A DNA stretch of 57,939 bases, the filler included, from Malassezia furfur (Eukaryota): the NCBI GenBank assembly GCA_052055015.1. It is 3 parts of 3 records of this genome, joined end to end, with 100 filler letters (N's around TTAATTAATTAA, not from the genome) between each part and the next. Parts side by side here need not be neighbours in the genome. Positions count along the whole stretch, not along the records: positions 38,710 to 57,939 come from JBQJIT010000195.1; 2 more parts are not named here. One strand, 5' to 3'. The notes beneath the pieces are model-generated. The model did no database searches and was not told the DNA's origin. It saw only the letters and a list, made by a program, of their open reading frames with translations. Every line of letters begins with the position of its first letter. Position 1 is the stretch's first letter. Below, piece after piece: positions 55,004 through 57,939 of this stretch. The position numbers and the translations under genes are program-made.

Positions 55004-55750
55004 CTACGGAGAGCCGAGCGTGATGGCATCCACGCGGAGACGGGTATAGGGCTGCTTGTGGGTGACCACCTTGTCGTAGCCTTTGCGGCGCTTAAACTTT
55101 TCGATGCGCTCCATCGGTCCCTTGGTATGCTCGACGACCACACAGCGAACGCGCACGACCTCGGGTGAAAGCACCGCACCGACGTGCGCGAGGCCCGACG
55201 GAACGAGCTGGGCGGCCCACGACGAGGACCACGGCAGAACGGAGTCCGACGACGACTGGGCCATGGCAGTCGACCGCGTCGCGACGCCGACGGCAGCCGC
55301 GCGAGGCGCGTCTTCCGCACCCTTTTCCTGGAACAGCACGAGCGGGAACTTGCCGCCCTGGGCCTTGCGGCGGCCCAGCGCCGGGTCTTGGGCGCGCAAC
55401 GTGTAGTTGCGGCTGCCCACCTCGTGGATGCGGTCGAGGTCGAGAACATCGCCGACCTGGACGCCGCGGATGCGCGGAAGCGTGACGACGTCCGACTCGC
55501 TGAGCACAAACGTGCGACCGGTTATGGAGGCGACCACGTAGTGGTTCGGCTGCGAGCGCAGCAGGCGGAGCGCAGCGGCCGTGTCCTCCACGGGGTGCTG
55601 CATCTGCGCGGCGCCGAGCGAGGCGTGCGCTTTTTCAGGATTGGTAGGTACCGTAGAGTGGCGTGCAATGGCAGGCACTGTGCGGGGTGCCATTGCGGCG
55701 CCCCGGCCCGCGAGCGTCGCCCGAATCAGCGGCGTGGCCCAGGCCTTCAT
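55004..55750 (-). CDS. MRPL49: Mitochondrial ribosomal protein bL21m
   Basis: HYVVASITGRTFVL..DVVTLP..VGSRNYTL, VVEHTK..KFKRRKGY..HKQPYTRLRV. Confidence 0.88.
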   Translation of the reverse strand: MKAWATPLIRATLAGRGAAMAPRTVPAIARHSTVPTNPEKAHASLGAAQMQHPVEDTAAALRLLRSQPNHYVVASITGRTFVLSESDVVTLPRIRGVQVGDVLDLDRIHEVGSRNYTLRAQDPALGRRKAQGGKFPLVLFQEKGAEDAPRAAAVGVATRSTAMAQSSSDSVLPWSSSWAAQLVPSGLAHVGAVLSPEVVRVRCVVVEHTKGPMERIEKFKRRKGYDKVVTHKQPYTRLRVDAITLGSP

Positions 55751-56068
55751 GCTTCCGCGACGTCTTCGCTTTCGTCGCGCGTTCTGCGCCGCACCGCCGA
55801 TGTCCACGTGACTTTCGCGTGCTTTGCTGGCCCGTCCGGAACGATCCGGTGCCCCGGCCGAGACCATGTGCGCTGTAATTCCCCGACACGAGCGAGTCCC
55901 ACGATTCGCTGATTCGGGACCCGAGTCTGCGGCCGCGGCCGTGCCCGGCCCTGCTGGCACTTCGCGGCGCGGCCCGGCCGGGCTTTCTCACCTTCCGCTT
56001 TACGGCTACGGACCTCTAGTCCTTGTCAACTTCTTCTGTTTCACTACGACCCGAGATACTTAGTCGCA

Positions 56069-57893
56069 ATGCTCGCTAGGTCCTCCGGCATTGCAGTTGC
56101 TAACCTTGCCCGCACCTCTCTGGTGGCTACGGTATGTATCACTAGGATCGCGCCTAGTCCCCCCTCTTTCCGCGCCGCCGGCGGGAGGAGGAAAAAACAG
56201 GGGTGATCCGTACTGATGTCGCCCTGATCGGATGCTAACACCAGGCTTTGTGCCGCTGTATACAGGCCCGCCGCAGCTCTCCTGCTGTCGCTAACGCGAT
56301 CCGCACGTACGCGACGAACAAGGCTGGTACGTGGTGCTATCGTGCGCGGGAACCGATGCTAACCCCCCTCTAGCCGCCTCGGAGGTGTCTTCGATCCTTG
56401 AGCAGCGCATTGCTGGCGCCGCCCCCAACTTCAACGTTGAGGAGACAGGCCGTGTGCTCTCGATCGCCGACGGTATCGCCCACGTCTACGGTCTCGACAA
56501 TGTCCAGGCCGAGGAGCTGGTCGAGTTCTCGTCCGGTGTCCAGGGTATGGCCCTGAACTTGGAGGCCGACAACGTCGGTATCACCGTGTTCGGTTCGGAC
56601 GCCCTGATCAAGGAGGGTGACACGGTCAAGCGTACCGGCCAGATTGTCAGCGTTCCGGTTGGCCCGGAGCTGCTCGGCCGTGTGGTGGATGCCCTCGGCA
56701 ACCCCATCGACGGCAAGGGTCCCATCAACGCCAAGGAGACCCGCCGTGCGCAGGTCAAGGCCCCCGGCATTCTCCCCCGTCACTCGGTCAACCAGCCCAT
56801 GCAGACTGGTTACAAGGCCGTCGACGCCATGGTGCCCATTGGCCGTGGTCAGCGTGAGCTGATCATTGGTGACCGTCAGACGGGTAAGACCGCCCTGGCG
56901 CTCGACACCATCCTCAACCAGCGCCGCTGGAACGACAGCAAGGACGAGGAGAAGAAGCTCTACTGTGTCTACGTCGCTGTCGGCCAGAAGCGCTCGACCG
57001 TTGCCCAGCTCGTGCAGCACCTTGAGCAGCACGATGCGCTCAAGTACTCGATCATTGTGGCTGCCACGGCCTCGGACGCTGCGCCCATGCAGTACCTGGC
57101 TCCCTTCAGCGGCTGCTCGATCGGCGAGTGGTTCCGTGACAACGGCAAGCACGCCCTGGTGGTGTTCGATGACCTGTCGAAGCAGGCCGTCGCCTACCGT
57201 CAGATGTCGCTGCTGCTCCGCCGTCCCCCCGGTCGTGAGGCGTACCCCGGTGATGTCTTCTACCTGCACTCGCGTCTCCTGGAGCGTGCCGCCAAGATGA
57301 ACAAGGACCACGGTGCTGGTTCGCTCACGGCGCTGCCCATCATTGAGACCCAGGGTGGTGACGTGTCGGCCTTCATTCCGACTAACGTCATTTCCATTAC
57401 CGACGGTCAGATCTTCCTGGAGTCGGAGCTCTTCTTCAAGGGTATCCGCCCCGCCGTCAACGTCGGTCTCTCGGTGTCGCGTGTCGGTTCGGCTGCCCAG
57501 ACCAAGGTGTACAAGGCCGTGGCCGGTTCGCTCAAGCTCTACCTCGCCCAGTACCGTGAGCTGGCTGCCTTCGCCCAGTTCGGTTCGGACCTGGACGCCT
57601 CGACCCGCTACACCCTGAACCGTGGTGCGCGTCTCACTGAGCTGCTCAAACAGCCCCAGTACCAGCCGCTCGCCACCGAGGTGCAGATCCCGATTCTGTT
57701 CGCCGGTGTGCGTGGTCTGCTCGACGAGATCCCCGTGGACAAGATCGTCGAGTGGGAGGCGACCTACCGCGACGAGCTGCAGAACCAGCCTGAGCTGCTC
57801 GCCGAGATCGGCAAGGGTGTCTTCACCAAGGAGCTCGAGGAGAACCTCACCAAGTCGGTCAAGAACAGCGTGTCGTCCTTTGTCGGCAACTAA
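56069..57893 (+). CDS. ATP1: Mitochondrial F1 ATP synthase alpha subunit, 2 introns in the presequence region
   Basis: [42 protein letters not shown]; introns 56132-56244 (or -56265) and 56327-56373. Confidence 0.97.
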
Positions 57894-57939
57894 GCGCACA
57901 CTCTGCAATGAAAGAAAGTGTGCAAGGCCAAGCGCAGGG

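Overview
Eukaryotic, very gene-dense, high-GC fungal chromosome segment, most consistent with a Malassezia-type basidiomycete yeast (inference from gene content, compaction and intron style). I resolve about 45 protein-coding genes, mostly conserved housekeeping genes (DOA10, PUS4, FMT1, MET22, BNA6, VWA8, STE7/Fuz7, ORC2, SCS2, VMA2, IMP4, GUT2, RAD24, PRP40, SSZ1, GUK1, histone H4, CDK1, RVS161, PPT1, ATP1 and others). I see no rRNA, tRNA, transposon or CRISPR. The ORF track is misleading because 26 genes are broken by about 58 hand-reconstructed, extremely short spliceosomal introns (mode 22 nt, median about 25, shortest 21; GTRYGY donor, CTNAY branch site almost abutting the AG, no pyrimidine tract). 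The few longer introns tend to carry hairpins. Intergenic DNA is minimal: convergent stop codons abut or overlap, divergent ATGs lie 36-110 bp apart often around a CACGTG box, and TAG is the dominant stop. Other leads: strand-specific RNA hairpins in the SCS2 3'UTR, the RasGEF leader and ATP1 intron 1; a tandem pair of peroxisomal acyl-CoA thioesterases; and an intron-hidden LEA/Hsp12-like gene. Two 100-bp N-TTAATTAATTAA-N blocks are artificial contig joins that truncate genes. All gene identities come from recognised motifs, not database searches.
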